This document shows positions 29,620 to 40,368 of a stretch of DNA of 64,000 bases, one piece after another (position 1 is the stretch's first letter; each line of letters starts with the position of its first letter). The position numbers and the translations under genes are program-made. The notes beneath the pieces are model-generated. The model had not been told where the DNA came from, ran no database searches, and saw nothing but the letters and a program-made list of their open reading frames with translations. Origin of the DNA: an uncultured Acidobacteriota bacterium (GTDB taxonomy: Bacteria; Acidobacteriota; Thermoanaerobaculia; UBA5066; Gp7-AA6); the NCBI GenBank assembly GCA_963764715.1, contig CAVXTP010000013.1, positions 64,001-128,000 of the forward strand. The letters are read 5' to 3'.

Positions 29620-30525
29620 TCACGGCGCGGCCGCCGCGAGCGGGATGCGCTGGCCTTCGCGGGCCACGCCGAAGCCGCGCTTCTCGAGCGCCGCGCGCGC
29701 CGCCTCGTCGGAGAGCAGGCGGTTGGTGTGATTGAGGTGCACGAAGTAGACGCGTCCCTTCGCCGAGGGCACGGCGGCGAGGCGCGCCTCGGTCTCGGGC
29801 ACGAGCGGGTGCGGGATGTCGCGGATCGCGCGGCCGGGGATCTCGTCCGCGGAGAAGAACGTCCCGTCGACGAACGCGGTCAGCGCGGGGTCCGCGAGGA
29901 GATCCTCGAGCCGGCGGTCCCACGTCTCCCACTTGTCGATGTCGGGGAGCCAGAGGATGGCGCGCGACGGGCCGCGCAGGATCCAGGCCACGGTGTCCGA
30001 GTCCTCGTCGCGGTGAGGCACGCGCACCGGAGTCGCGCGCAGGCTCGGCGTCAGGACGATCTCCTCGCCCGGGGCGACCTCGTGGATCGCGATGTTGTCG
30101 AGGGCGACGAGGCGGCTCCACGGTTTGTTGCCGCGCAGGAAGGCCGCCATCGAGGGCGTGCAGTAGACCGGGACGCTCCGGGCGCCGAGGACCTCGCGGC
30201 CGAGCTGCGCGAGGCCCAGGTAGTGACCGATGTGGGCGTGCGTCAGGAGGATGCCGTCGGGCAGGCCGCCGAGCGCTTCCATCTGGTCGGCGAAGTCCGG
30301 CGTCGCATCGACGAGGAAGCGCCTCCCGGCGGCCGGATCGACGAGGCCGAGCGAGGCGACACGCATGCGCCGGGAGGGGTCGGCTCGCGCGGTCACGCAG
30401 AGCGGCTGGTGGCAACCCGCGTGAGGAACGCCCCCGTCCTGCGCGATGCCCAGTACCACGGCCTCGGGGCCCTTCGCGGGCGCGCCGCTTGCAAAGAGGA
30501 ACGCGGTCAGGAGCGCCGTCCGCAT
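29620..30525 (-). CDS. PqqB-like MBL-fold metallo-hydrolase, probably exported
   Basis: LGIAQDGGVPHAGC, DATPD, LTHAHIGHY, VPHRDE, DGTF, HLNHTN; N-terminal hydrophobic signal. Confidence 0.85.
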   Translation of the reverse strand: MRTALLTAFLFASGAPAKGPEAVVLGIAQDGGVPHAGCHQPLCVTARADPSRRMRVASLGLVDPAAGRRFLVDATPDFADQMEALGGLPDGILLTHAHIGHYLGLAQLGREVLGARSVPVYCTPSMAAFLRGNKPWSRLVALDNIAIHEVAPGEEIVLTPSLRATPVRVPHRDEDSDTVAWILRGPSRAILWLPDIDKWETWDRRLEDLLADPALTAFVDGTFFSADEIPGRAIRDIPHPLVPETEARLAAVPSAKGRVYFVHLNHTNRLLSDEAARAALEKRGFGVAREGQRIPLAAAAP

Positions 30526-30532
30526 GGCGGCC

Positions 30533-30564
30533 ACTGTAGACTGACGCCTGTAAACTGTCGACTG
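30533..30564. repeat. Degenerate heptamer tandem repeat (ACTGTAG/ACTGACG/CCTGTAA/ACTGTCG/ACTG)
   Basis: 7-nt periodicity in divergent intergenic region. Confidence 0.55.
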
Positions 30565-30578
30565 TTCAGGAGGAACCC

Positions 30579-30992
30579 ATGGCCCGCAAGAGCTTGTCCC
30601 GAACGACCGCCCAGGCCCTCGGCCCGATCGTCGTTCCGTTGTTTACGAAAGTCGCCCTGCCGATCGCGATCGAGAGCCTGCGCCGGGGCGGCAAGTTCGA
30701 CACCGACCGCTTCTACGCGGAGGCCAAGGAAAGCCTCGCGAAGGGCTTCGAGAAGAGCAAGCCGGAGATGGAGGACTTGAAGGACGAGCTCTCCGAGCGC
30801 GGCTCGGACCTCTACTCCGAAGCCCGCAAGCACGGCGCCGACCTGCTCGAAGCGCTGACGGAGAAAGGCTCCTCGATCGCCGAGGACTGGATGGGCCGCG
30901 TGCGCCCGCGCCGCCGCCGCTTCCGCCTCGTCCACGCGCTCGGCATCCTCGCCGTCGTCGGCGTCGTCGCGGCGCTCGTCGGGAAGAAGTAA
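30579..30992 (+). CDS. Hypothetical helical protein with C-terminal membrane anchor
   Basis: SD AGGAGG; good codon bias; amphipathic Lys/Glu region then RRRR and hydrophobic tail. Confidence 0.75.
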   Translation: MARKSLSRTTAQALGPIVVPLFTKVALPIAIESLRRGGKFDTDRFYAEAKESLAKGFEKSKPEMEDLKDELSERGSDLYSEARKHGADLLEALTEKGSSIAEDWMGRVRPRRRRFRLVHALGILAVVGVVAALVGKK

Positions 30993-31012
30993 CGCCGACG
31001 AAGAGGAAGTAG

Positions 31013-31079
31013 GGGGTCAGGTCTTCATTTTTCAAATTTCGAATGCTGTCTAAAATTCGAAATTTGAAGACCTGACCCC
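31013..31079. repeat. Palindromic REP/MITE-like element, copy 2
   Basis: GGGGTCAGGTCTTCA ... TGAAGACCTGACCCC with AT-rich interior containing TTCAAATTTCGAAT/ATTCGAAATTTGAA inverted repeat. Confidence 0.92.
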
Positions 31080-31080
31080 G

Positions 31081-32763
<1,683 letters not shown>

Positions 32764-32782
32764 AGGGCGGGGGAGTCTACAT

Positions 32783-32845
32783 CAGGAGGCAGGAGGCAGG
32801 AGGCAGGACTGGGAACGCGCGTTCGCTTACCGCTTACTGCTTACG
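32783..32845. repeat. Two heptamer tandem arrays: (CAGGAGG)x3+ and (GCTTACN)x3
   Basis: 32783-32808 and 32825-32845; imperfectly complementary to each other; second array encodes the last codons of ubiE. Confidence 0.65.
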
Positions 32846-33567
32846 GTCTCTCCGATGTTGATCCCCATCGTCCCGAGAAGTCGCTCCTCGTACCGCGCAT
32901 CGACGAACCCCGCCTCCCGCATCAGCGTCTCGACGCCCCGCTGGCCGGGATAGCGCGCGAGCGATTCCGGGATGTAGAGGTACGTGTCGGGATCGCCGTG
33001 AAAGATCCAGCCCACGAGGGGCATCACCGCGCGGAGGTATCCGGCGTAGAGGGCGGCGGCGATCCGGTTGGCGGGCTTCCCGAAGTCGAGCACCGCGAGG
33101 CGGCCGCCCGGAGCGAGGACGCGCCGCAGCTCGGCGAGCGCGCCGGGAATGTCGGCGATGTTGCGCAGCCCGTAGCTCACGGTGATGGTGTCGAAGGTGC
33201 CGTCGGCGAAGGGCAGGCGCAGGGCGTCGGCCTGGGTGAAACGGCTTCGGCGGCGGCCGGCGATCCGGCGGCGCCGTGCGACGGCCAGCATCGGAAGCGT
33301 GAAGTCGATCCCCGTCACCGACGCGGCGCCGAGCTCCTCGGCCAGGAAGCACAGGTCCCCGCTCCCGCAGCAGAGGTCGAGGAGACGTGCACCGCGGCCT
33401 GCCGGCGCACCGGCGAGCGCGAGCCGGACGGTCTGGCGCTTCCAGCGGCGATGCATCCCGAAGCTCATCAGGTCGTTGACGAGGTCGTACCGCCAGGCGA
33501 GCCGCGAGAACATTTCCCGGACACGGGACGCCCGGCTCTCGTCGTAGGACAGGTACTTGTTCGTCAC
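32827..33567 (-). CDS. ubiE: Ubiquinone/menaquinone biosynthesis C-methyltransferase (UbiE/MenG)
   Basis: VREMFS..A.RYDLVNDLMSFGMHRRWK, LDLCCGSGD, YGLRN, Y.Y..ES...YP. Confidence 0.88.
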   Translation of the reverse strand: MTNKYLSYDESRASRVREMFSRLAWRYDLVNDLMSFGMHRRWKRQTVRLALAGAPAGRGARLLDLCCGSGDLCFLAEELGAASVTGIDFTLPMLAVARRRRIAGRRRSRFTQADALRLPFADGTFDTITVSYGLRNIADIPGALAELRRVLAPGGRLAVLDFGKPANRIAAALYAGYLRAVMPLVGWIFHGDPDTYLYIPESLARYPGQRGVETLMREAGFVDARYEERLLGTMGINIGETVSSKR

Positions 33568-33624
33568 CGCAGGGAACTATAGACGCCGCCGTTCGGCCGC
33601 TTCCGGCTGTTGTAATGTCTCGGG

Positions 33625-35517
33625 ATGGCCGAAACGAGCCCCAAGCCCGTCAGCGCCGACGAGGCCCGCCGGGTCGCCGAGGAGGCCCGCGAGGCCGAGT
33701 GGAAGGCCCCGTCCTTCCTGAAGCAGATCTTCCTCGGCAACTTCCGCCTCGACCTGGTCCACCCGTTTCCCGCGGCCCCGCCGGAGCGCCCCGAGTTCCG
33801 CGCCTTCATGGACCGGCTGGAGCGCTTCCTGGTCGAGAAGGTCGATCCGGACGCGATCGACCGCGAGGGCAAGATCCCGCCGTCCGTCGTCCAGGGGCTC
33901 GCCGCGATCGGAGCCTTCGGGATGAAGATCCCGACCGAGTACGGCGGGCTCGGCCTGACGCAGCGCGAATACGGCGAGGCCATGAAGCTCATCACGAGCC
34001 GCGACGGCAACCTCGTGACGCTTCTCTCGGCGCACCAGTCGATCGGCGTGCCCCAGCCGCTCAAGCTCTTCGGCACGAAGGAGCAGAAGAAGAAGTTCCT
34101 GCCGCGTCTGGCGGCCGGGGCCGTCTCGGCCTTCGCGCTGACGGAGGCCCAGGTGGGCTCCGACCCGGCCAACCTCTCGACCACCGTGACGCGGACCCCC
34201 GAGGGCGACTACATCCTCGACGGCGAAAAGCTCTGGTGCACCAACGGGACGATCGCCGAGCTTTTCGTCGTCATGGCGCGCCACCCGGACACCCGGAAGA
34301 TCTCCGCCTTCATCGTCGAGAAGTCGTCGCCCGGCGTCGAGGTCGTCATCCGCTGCCACTTCATGGGACTGAAGGCGATCGAGAACGGCGTCATCCGCTT
34401 CCACAAGGTCCGCGTCCCGAAGGAGAACCTCCTCTGGGGCGAGGGCAAGGGCTTGAAGCTCGCCCTGATCACGCTGAACACCGGCCGGCTGACGCTGCCG
34501 GCGTCCTCGGCCGCGCTCGGCAAGCGTTGCCTCGAGATCTGCCGGTCGTGGTCGAACGAGCGCGTGCAGTGGGGCCTGCCGATCGGCCAGCACGACGCGA
34601 TCGCGCAGCTTCTGGCCGAGATGGCGGCGACGACGTTCGCGCTCGACGCGGTGTCGGACCTCGCGTCGTCGATGGCCGACATGGGCGACCGAGACATCCG
34701 CCTCGAGGCGGCCGTCGCCAAGATGTGGAACTCGGAAGAGGGCTGGAAGATCGTGGACCGCACCCTGCAGATCCGGGGCGGGCGCGGCTACGAGACGGCC
34801 GATTCGCTGCGCGCGCGCGGCGAGGCCCCGGTGCCGGTCGAGCGGATCATGCGCGACTTCCGGATCAACCTCATCTTCGAGGGCTCGTCGGAGATCATGC
34901 GCCTCTTCATCGCGCGCGAGGCCGTCGACAGGCACCTCGCCGTGGCCGGAGCGTTCGCCGATCCGAAGGCGACCCTCGGGACGAAGCTCGCCGCGCTTCC
35001 GAAGATGGCGGGCTTCTACGGCTGGTGGTACCCGTCGCGCTGGCTCGGCTGGGGCCGCTGGCCGCGGTTCTCGGACTTCGGGCCCCTCGCGGGCCACGTC
35101 CGGTTCGCCGAGCGGACCACGCGCAAGCTCGCGCGAACGCTCTTCCACCAGATGCTGAAGCTCGGGCCGAAGCTCGAGAAGCGGCAGGCGCTGCTCTTCC
35201 GGGCGGTCGACATCGGAGCGGACCTCTTCGCCATGACGGCCGCCCTCTCGCGCGCCGACGCCATGCGCCGCGCGGGCGTGCCCGAAGCCCCGCAGGCCGT
35301 GGAGCTCGCCGACATCTTCTGCCGCGGAACGCGGCGGCGGATCGCCGAGCACTTCCGTTCGATCGGCTCCAACGACGACGTCGAGAAGTACCGGACGGCC
35401 CGGCGCTTCCTCGACGGCGAGTTCGCGTGGCTCGAGAAGGGGCTCACCGCCATGGACGAGGCCGCGGAGGCCTCGGAGCCGGCGGCCGCGGCTCGCTCGC
35501 GGGCCGCCTCGGTTTAG
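33625..35517 (+). CDS. Acyl-CoA dehydrogenase (long, ACAD9/VLCAD-like)
   Basis: AHQSIG, AFALTE...GSD, GEKLWCTNG, LNTGR, QIRGGRGY, RINLIFEGSSEI. Confidence 0.93.
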   Translation: MAETSPKPVSADEARRVAEEAREAEWKAPSFLKQIFLGNFRLDLVHPFPAAPPERPEFRAFMDRLERFLVEKVDPDAIDREGKIPPSVVQGLAAIGAFGMKIPTEYGGLGLTQREYGEAMKLITSRDGNLVTLLSAHQSIGVPQPLKLFGTKEQKKKFLPRLAAGAVSAFALTEAQVGSDPANLSTTVTRTPEGDYILDGEKLWCTNGTIAELFVVMARHPDTRKISAFIVEKSSPGVEVVIRCHFMGLKAIENGVIRFHKVRVPKENLLWGEGKGLKLALITLNTGRLTLPASSAALGKRCLEICRSWSNERVQWGLPIGQHDAIAQLLAEMAATTFALDAVSDLASSMADMGDRDIRLEAAVAKMWNSEEGWKIVDRTLQIRGGRGYETADSLRARGEAPVPVERIMRDFRINLIFEGSSEIMRLFIAREAVDRHLAVAGAFADPKATLGTKLAALPKMAGFYGWWYPSRWLGWGRWPRFSDFGPLAGHVRFAERTTRKLARTLFHQMLKLGPKLEKRQALLFRAVDIGADLFAMTAALSRADAMRRAGVPEAPQAVELADIFCRGTRRRIAEHFRSIGSNDDVEKYRTARRFLDGEFAWLEKGLTAMDEAAEASEPAAAARSRAASV

Positions 35518-36870
35518 GTGCCCACGGCGCGGGTTCCGGCCCGGCGCGTCGGAACCGTTCTCGCGGTGCTCGCGGCGCTCGTCGCCGGGACGCTCTACGG
35601 GTTCGCCGCGCGCGAGCGCCGCTGGTTCCCGTTCGGCCTCGTCAAGGCCGCGTACCGGGCCGTCCGACCCGCGCCGACTCCGCCGCCGGCGCCTCACGTC
35701 GGGGTGGCGTCGTACGCCGAAGAAAAGCTCGCCCAGCGGGAGAAGATCGGCGAGCTGACGCAGCTCCCGTACCTCCAGGGCTACAACCCGGCCTCGGGGC
35801 GCACCGGCGTCCTGATCTACGACGAGGCACGGGCCGCGGGCGGCTGGAACCTGGCCGTCTCGGCGCACGCCGCGCAGGCGCTCCTGCTCGACATGCGGGG
35901 GATCACCCGTCATCGGTGGGGGATCGAGATGCGCCGCCTCTGGCCCGACCTGAAACTCGAGCCGGAGCGGGCGCCCTACGCCGCCTACTGGCGGCACGCC
36001 GAGCTGCTTCCCGACGGGGACCTGCTCGCGATCTGGGACTACATCGGCGTCGTCCGCGTCGACCGCGACTCCCGGCCGAAGTGGGCCCTCGCCAACGGAG
36101 CCCACCACGACCTCGCCGCGGGCCCGGACGGGACCCTCTACGTGCTGACGCGGGAAGCGCACGTGATTCCGGCGATCAACCCGGACGCCAACGTCTTCGA
36201 GGATTTCGTTTCGATGGTCTCGCCCGAGGGAAAGCCGTTGCGGCGCATCTCGCTGCTCGCCGCCTTCGCGGATTCCGACTACGCCGCGGTCCTCGCTCCG
36301 ATGGGGCGCGAGGGAGACATCCTCCACGCCAACGGGATCTCCGTCCTCGACGGCCGGCTCGCCGCGCGGTCTCCCGCGTTCCGGGCCGGCAACCTGCTCG
36401 TTTCTCTCCGCGCCCTGAACGTGGTCGCGGTGCTCGATCCGCAGAGCGGAAAGATCGTCTGGGCCCTCTCGGGGCCGTTCCGCGCGCAGCACGATCCGAA
36501 GATCCTTCCGAACGGAAGGCTGCTCGTCTTCGACAACTTCGCCTCGATGCAGGCGGGCGCCTCGCGCGTCCTGGAGCTCGACCCGTTCACGCAGGAGATC
36601 GCCTGGCGCTACGGCGATCGCGAGAACGAGCGCTTCTTCACCGAGTCCAACGGCGAGGCCGAGCGGCTTCCCAACGGCAATACCCTGGTCGTCGAGTCCG
36701 ACTCCGGCCGCGCGCTCGAGGTCACGCCCGAGGGCGAGACCGTGTGGGAGTACGTCAACCCGTACCGCGTCGGCGAGCAGCAGGAGCTCCGGGCGACCCT
36801 GAAGCAACTGACGCGGCTGCCCGCCGGACTGTCGATCGCGTGGGCCGAGCGGCCGCAGCCGCCGAGGTGA
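35518..36870 (+). CDS. Arylsulfotransferase (ASST)-family beta-propeller protein
   Basis: N-terminal TM; AHHD, DILHANGI, QHD...LPNG.LLVFDN, RLPNGNTLV.ES..GR..EVT..G..VWEY. Confidence 0.8.
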   Translation: MPTARVPARRVGTVLAVLAALVAGTLYGFAARERRWFPFGLVKAAYRAVRPAPTPPPAPHVGVASYAEEKLAQREKIGELTQLPYLQGYNPASGRTGVLIYDEARAAGGWNLAVSAHAAQALLLDMRGITRHRWGIEMRRLWPDLKLEPERAPYAAYWRHAELLPDGDLLAIWDYIGVVRVDRDSRPKWALANGAHHDLAAGPDGTLYVLTREAHVIPAINPDANVFEDFVSMVSPEGKPLRRISLLAAFADSDYAAVLAPMGREGDILHANGISVLDGRLAARSPAFRAGNLLVSLRALNVVAVLDPQSGKIVWALSGPFRAQHDPKILPNGRLLVFDNFASMQAGASRVLELDPFTQEIAWRYGDRENERFFTESNGEAERLPNGNTLVVESDSGRALEVTPEGETVWEYVNPYRVGEQQELRATLKQLTRLPAGLSIAWAERPQPPR

Positions 36871-36935
36871 GCGCCGCGCGCCGGAGCGCGCAAATTCTCG
36901 TTCCCGGACCGGGACCTCGGCTAGACTGGCCTTTC

Positions 36936-39691
36936 ATGCGCCTTCCCCGGGGGCTCGCGGGCGTTCTCTGGTCTCTCCTGCCGTCGCTCTCCTTCGCCGC
37001 CACCTTCACCGTCAACTCGAACAACGATCTCGACGACGGCGCCTGCAACGCCACCCACTGCTCGCTGCGCGAGGCGATCGTCGCGGCGAACGCCACGCTG
37101 GGGGCGGACACGATCCGGTTCGTGATCGGCTCGGGACCGAAGACGATCCAGGTCGCGTCGGCCCTGCCGACGATCACCGATCCGGTGACGATCGACGGAA
37201 CGACGCAGCCGGGCTTCGTGTCGGCCCCGATCATCGAGCTCGACGGCTCGGTCGCAGGCGCCGGCGCCGTCGGCCTGCACGTCACGGGGGGCGCGAGCCT
37301 CGTGACGGGCCTCGTCATCAACCGGTTCGTGCCGGCCTTTCCGGCGACGGGCGGCCACGGGATCGTGCTCGAGACGGGCGGGGGCAACGTCGTGCGCGGC
37401 TGTTACGTCGGCACGAACCTCGGCGGAACCGCGGCGCTCGCCAATGGCGGCGACGGCGTCCAGATCGTGGCGTCCTCGGACAACGTCATCGGGCGGACGA
37501 ACGCGTCCTTCCGGGAAACCTCCTGTCCGGCAACTCGAGCGCCGGGGTCCGGATCTCGGGCGCGGGCGCCGACCGGAACACGATCGCCGGCAACCGGATC
37601 GGGACGAACCCCGCGGGAACGGCCGCGGTCCCGAACTCGGCCGCGGGCGTCGTGATCATGTCGGGCGCCGACAACGTCGTCGGTTCGGGGATCGCGGGGG
37701 ATACGCTGGTCTCCGGCAACGGCGGCGACGGCATCGTGCTCTCCGGATCGGCCACGGGCGCAGTCGTCACCAACTGCTACGTCGGGACGAACGCGACCGG
37801 AGCTGCGGCTCTCGGCAACGTCGGCCAGGGAATCAACCTGGCGGGCGTCTCGAACAACACCGTCGGGCCGGGCAACGTGGTCTCGGGCAACGGGCAGAGC
37901 GGCGTGCTCCTGATCAGCGGGTCGAGCGGCAACACGGTGGCCGCCAACTTCGTCGGTCTGAACGTGCTCGGCACGGCCGCGATTCCGAACGCCCTGAACG
38001 GCATCATCCTCTCCAACGCCGCCGACAACACGGTCGGCCCCGGAAACGTCGCCAGCGGCAACGGCACGAACGGCGTGCGGCTGCGAACGGGGGCCTCCGG
38101 CAATCTCGTCCGGGGCAATCTCGTCGGCGTCAACGCGGCGGGGACGGCGGCGGTCCCCAACCTCACCGAGGGGGTCCAGCTCAACGACGGAGCCACCGGG
38201 AACACGATCGGCGGCCCGGGGGCGGACCGGAACGTCATCTCCGGCAACGGCTCGAACGGCGTTCTCGTCGTCGACGCGACGACGGCGGGCAACTTCATCG
38301 AGGGCAACTTCATCGGCTCCAACGCGACCGCCTCCGCGGCGATCCCGAACGCGGGCAACGGCGTCGCGGTGATGGGGGGCGCGAACGGAACCCAGATCGG
38401 CGGGACCGCCGCGGGAACGAAGAACGTGATCGCCTTCAACGGGGGCCGGGGCGTCTGGATCGAATCGGGAGACGGCAACTCGATTCTCGGCAACAACCTC
38501 GCGTTCAACGGGGCGCTCGGGATCGACCTCGGCCCGATCGGCGTGACGCCGAACGACGCGGGCGACCCGGACCCCGGCGCGAACCTGCTCCAGAACTTTC
38601 CGGTGCTCTCGGCGGTCCTCCTCGACACGGCCTCGACGCAGATCCAGGGCTCGCTCAACAGCTTCGCGAGCTCGAGCTACCGCCTCGAGTTCTTCTCGAG
38701 CGTCGTCTGCGACACGTCCGGCTACGGGCCGGGGCAGCGGCTCCTCGGGGCGGCCGACCGCAAGACCGATCCGGGCGGCAACGTCGCCTTCGTCGCGACG
38801 CTTCCGACGGCGGCGCTGGGGCCGTGGATCACGGCGACGGCGACGGACTCGGCCGGGAACACCTCGGAGCTCGCGGCCTGCCTGGCGATCCCGGGGCCGA
38901 CCGTGACGTCGATCCTTCCGACCTCGGGGCCGGCCGGCGCGGCGACGGCGGTCGTCATCGCCGGAACGAACTTCCAGAACGGAGCGACGGTCAAGATCGG
39001 GGGCGCGGCGGCCGGCGGGGTTTCCGTCATGAGCGGCTTCGAGGTCGACGCCTCGACGCCCGTCCTGTCGCCGGGGACCCTGAACGACGTGACCGTGACC
39101 AATCCGAGCTCTCTCGCCGGGGGCCTCTCGGCGGGGTATCTCGCCGACTTCAACGACGTCCCGCAGGACAACATCTTCCACGACGACGTCGAGACGGTGT
39201 TTCGCGCGGGCATCACCGCCGGCTGCGGCGCGGGCAACTTCTGCGTCGCGAGCGCCGTGACGCGGGCCCAGATGGCCGTCTTTCTGCTGAAGACGGAGCA
39301 CGGCTCGGCCTACCTGCCGCCCAATTGCACGGGCGTCTTCGACGACGTTCCCTGCCCTTCGCCTTTCGCCGACTGGATCGAGCAGCTTTCCTCCGAGGGG
39401 ATCACGGCCGGCTGCGGCGGCGGGAACTACTGCCCGGCGAGCCCCGTGCGCCGCGACCAGATGGCGGTCTTTCTGCTCAAGACGAAGAACGGCTCGGCCT
39501 ACGTTCCGCCGGCCTGCGCGGGCGTCTTCGGCGACGTCGCTTGCCCCGGTCCCTTCACGGACTGGGTCGAGCAGCTCTACGCCGACCAGATCACCGGCGG
39601 CTGCTCGGCGTCGCCCCTTCTGTATTGTCCCGGTTCCTCCAACACGCGCGGGCAGATGGCGGTGTTTCTCGTGAAGACCTTCGGGCTCTAG
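36936..39691 (+). pseudogene. CSLREA-domain / beta-helix / IPT / triple SLH-like surface protein split by a single frameshift near 37510
   Basis: MRLPRG signal, TFTVNS..D..DG.C...HCSLREAI; beta-helix repeats (GN.IG....G....PN) continue in the -1 frame from GNLLSGNSSAG into ORF 37652-39691. Confidence 0.8.
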
Positions 39692-39760
39692 GATGATCGC
39701 GGCCGGCTCAGGTGCGCCTGGCTCTGGTGGACGCCTTCGGCTTTGAGGTAGGGTGAACTC

Positions 39761-40315
39761 ATGAAACGAACCGCGCTCGCCCTGGCTTCGGTCCTGCTTT
39801 TCGCCGGCGCCGCCCTCGCGGCCGACAAGAAGGCCGAGGGTGAATTCTCGGCCACGGCCTCGATCGGGACGCCGAGCGGAACGCGCAGCATGGCCTTCGA
39901 CGTCGTCGTCTCGAGCCCGAGGGGCCGCGCAGAGATGGCGCCCCTCAAGAAGGTGCTCGAGGACGGCGGCCAGCAGGCGCTCGTCAACGCGATCCGCGGG
40001 AGCGGCCAGGGCCAGGTCAAGCTGGGCGCCCTCGTCTATCCGGTCGACCTCGTCATGGTCGAGAAGATCGACGACGGCTGGCGCTACTTCGTCGTGACCA
40101 CGCGGCCGATCAAGTACACCGAGGCGGACGAGGACGGCGGCGCGTCCCTGAACTATCCCTTCGCCGTCTTCGGCTTCGACTCGACGGACTTCAGCTCGGG
40201 CGACGGCTTCATCTACACGAAGGCCGCCCTGTCGATCGATCCGGACGGGCACGTCCAGGTGTCCCAGTACGACGGGGACCCCGGGACGCTCTCCGACGTC
40301 CGCCGCATCAACTAG
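39761..40315 (+). CDS. Hypothetical exported protein
   Basis: Signal peptide MKRTALALASVLLFAGAALA; strong codon bias. Confidence 0.8.
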   Translation: MKRTALALASVLLFAGAALAADKKAEGEFSATASIGTPSGTRSMAFDVVVSSPRGRAEMAPLKKVLEDGGQQALVNAIRGSGQGQVKLGALVYPVDLVMVEKIDDGWRYFVVTTRPIKYTEADEDGGASLNYPFAVFGFDSTDFSSGDGFIYTKAALSIDPDGHVQVSQYDGDPGTLSDVRRIN

Positions 40316-40327
40316 CGGCCCGCGGGA

Positions 40328-40352
40328 GGGCGGGGACAAGCCCCGCCCCTAC
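40328..40352 (-). repeat. GTAG-type REP sequence
   Basis: Minus strand GTAGGGGCGGGG-CTTGT-CCCCGCCC between convergent genes. Confidence 0.8.
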
Positions 40353-40368
40353 GACCGTGGCCCCGAGG

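Noticed and set aside
29620-30525. PQQ biosynthesis locus
   Set aside because: Only a PqqB-like fold; no pqqA precursor or pqqC/D/E nearby.
37513-37519. GGGAAAC slippery heptamer at the frameshift, suggesting programmed -1 frameshifting
   Set aside because: Wrong phase: the upstream frame reads CGG GAA ACC, not G GGA AAC, so canonical tandem slippage is not supported.
39694-39720. Fourth copy of the ECF promoter motif (TGATCG-N13-TGCGCCTG)
   Set aside because: Spacer is 13 rather than 15 nt and both halves mismatch.
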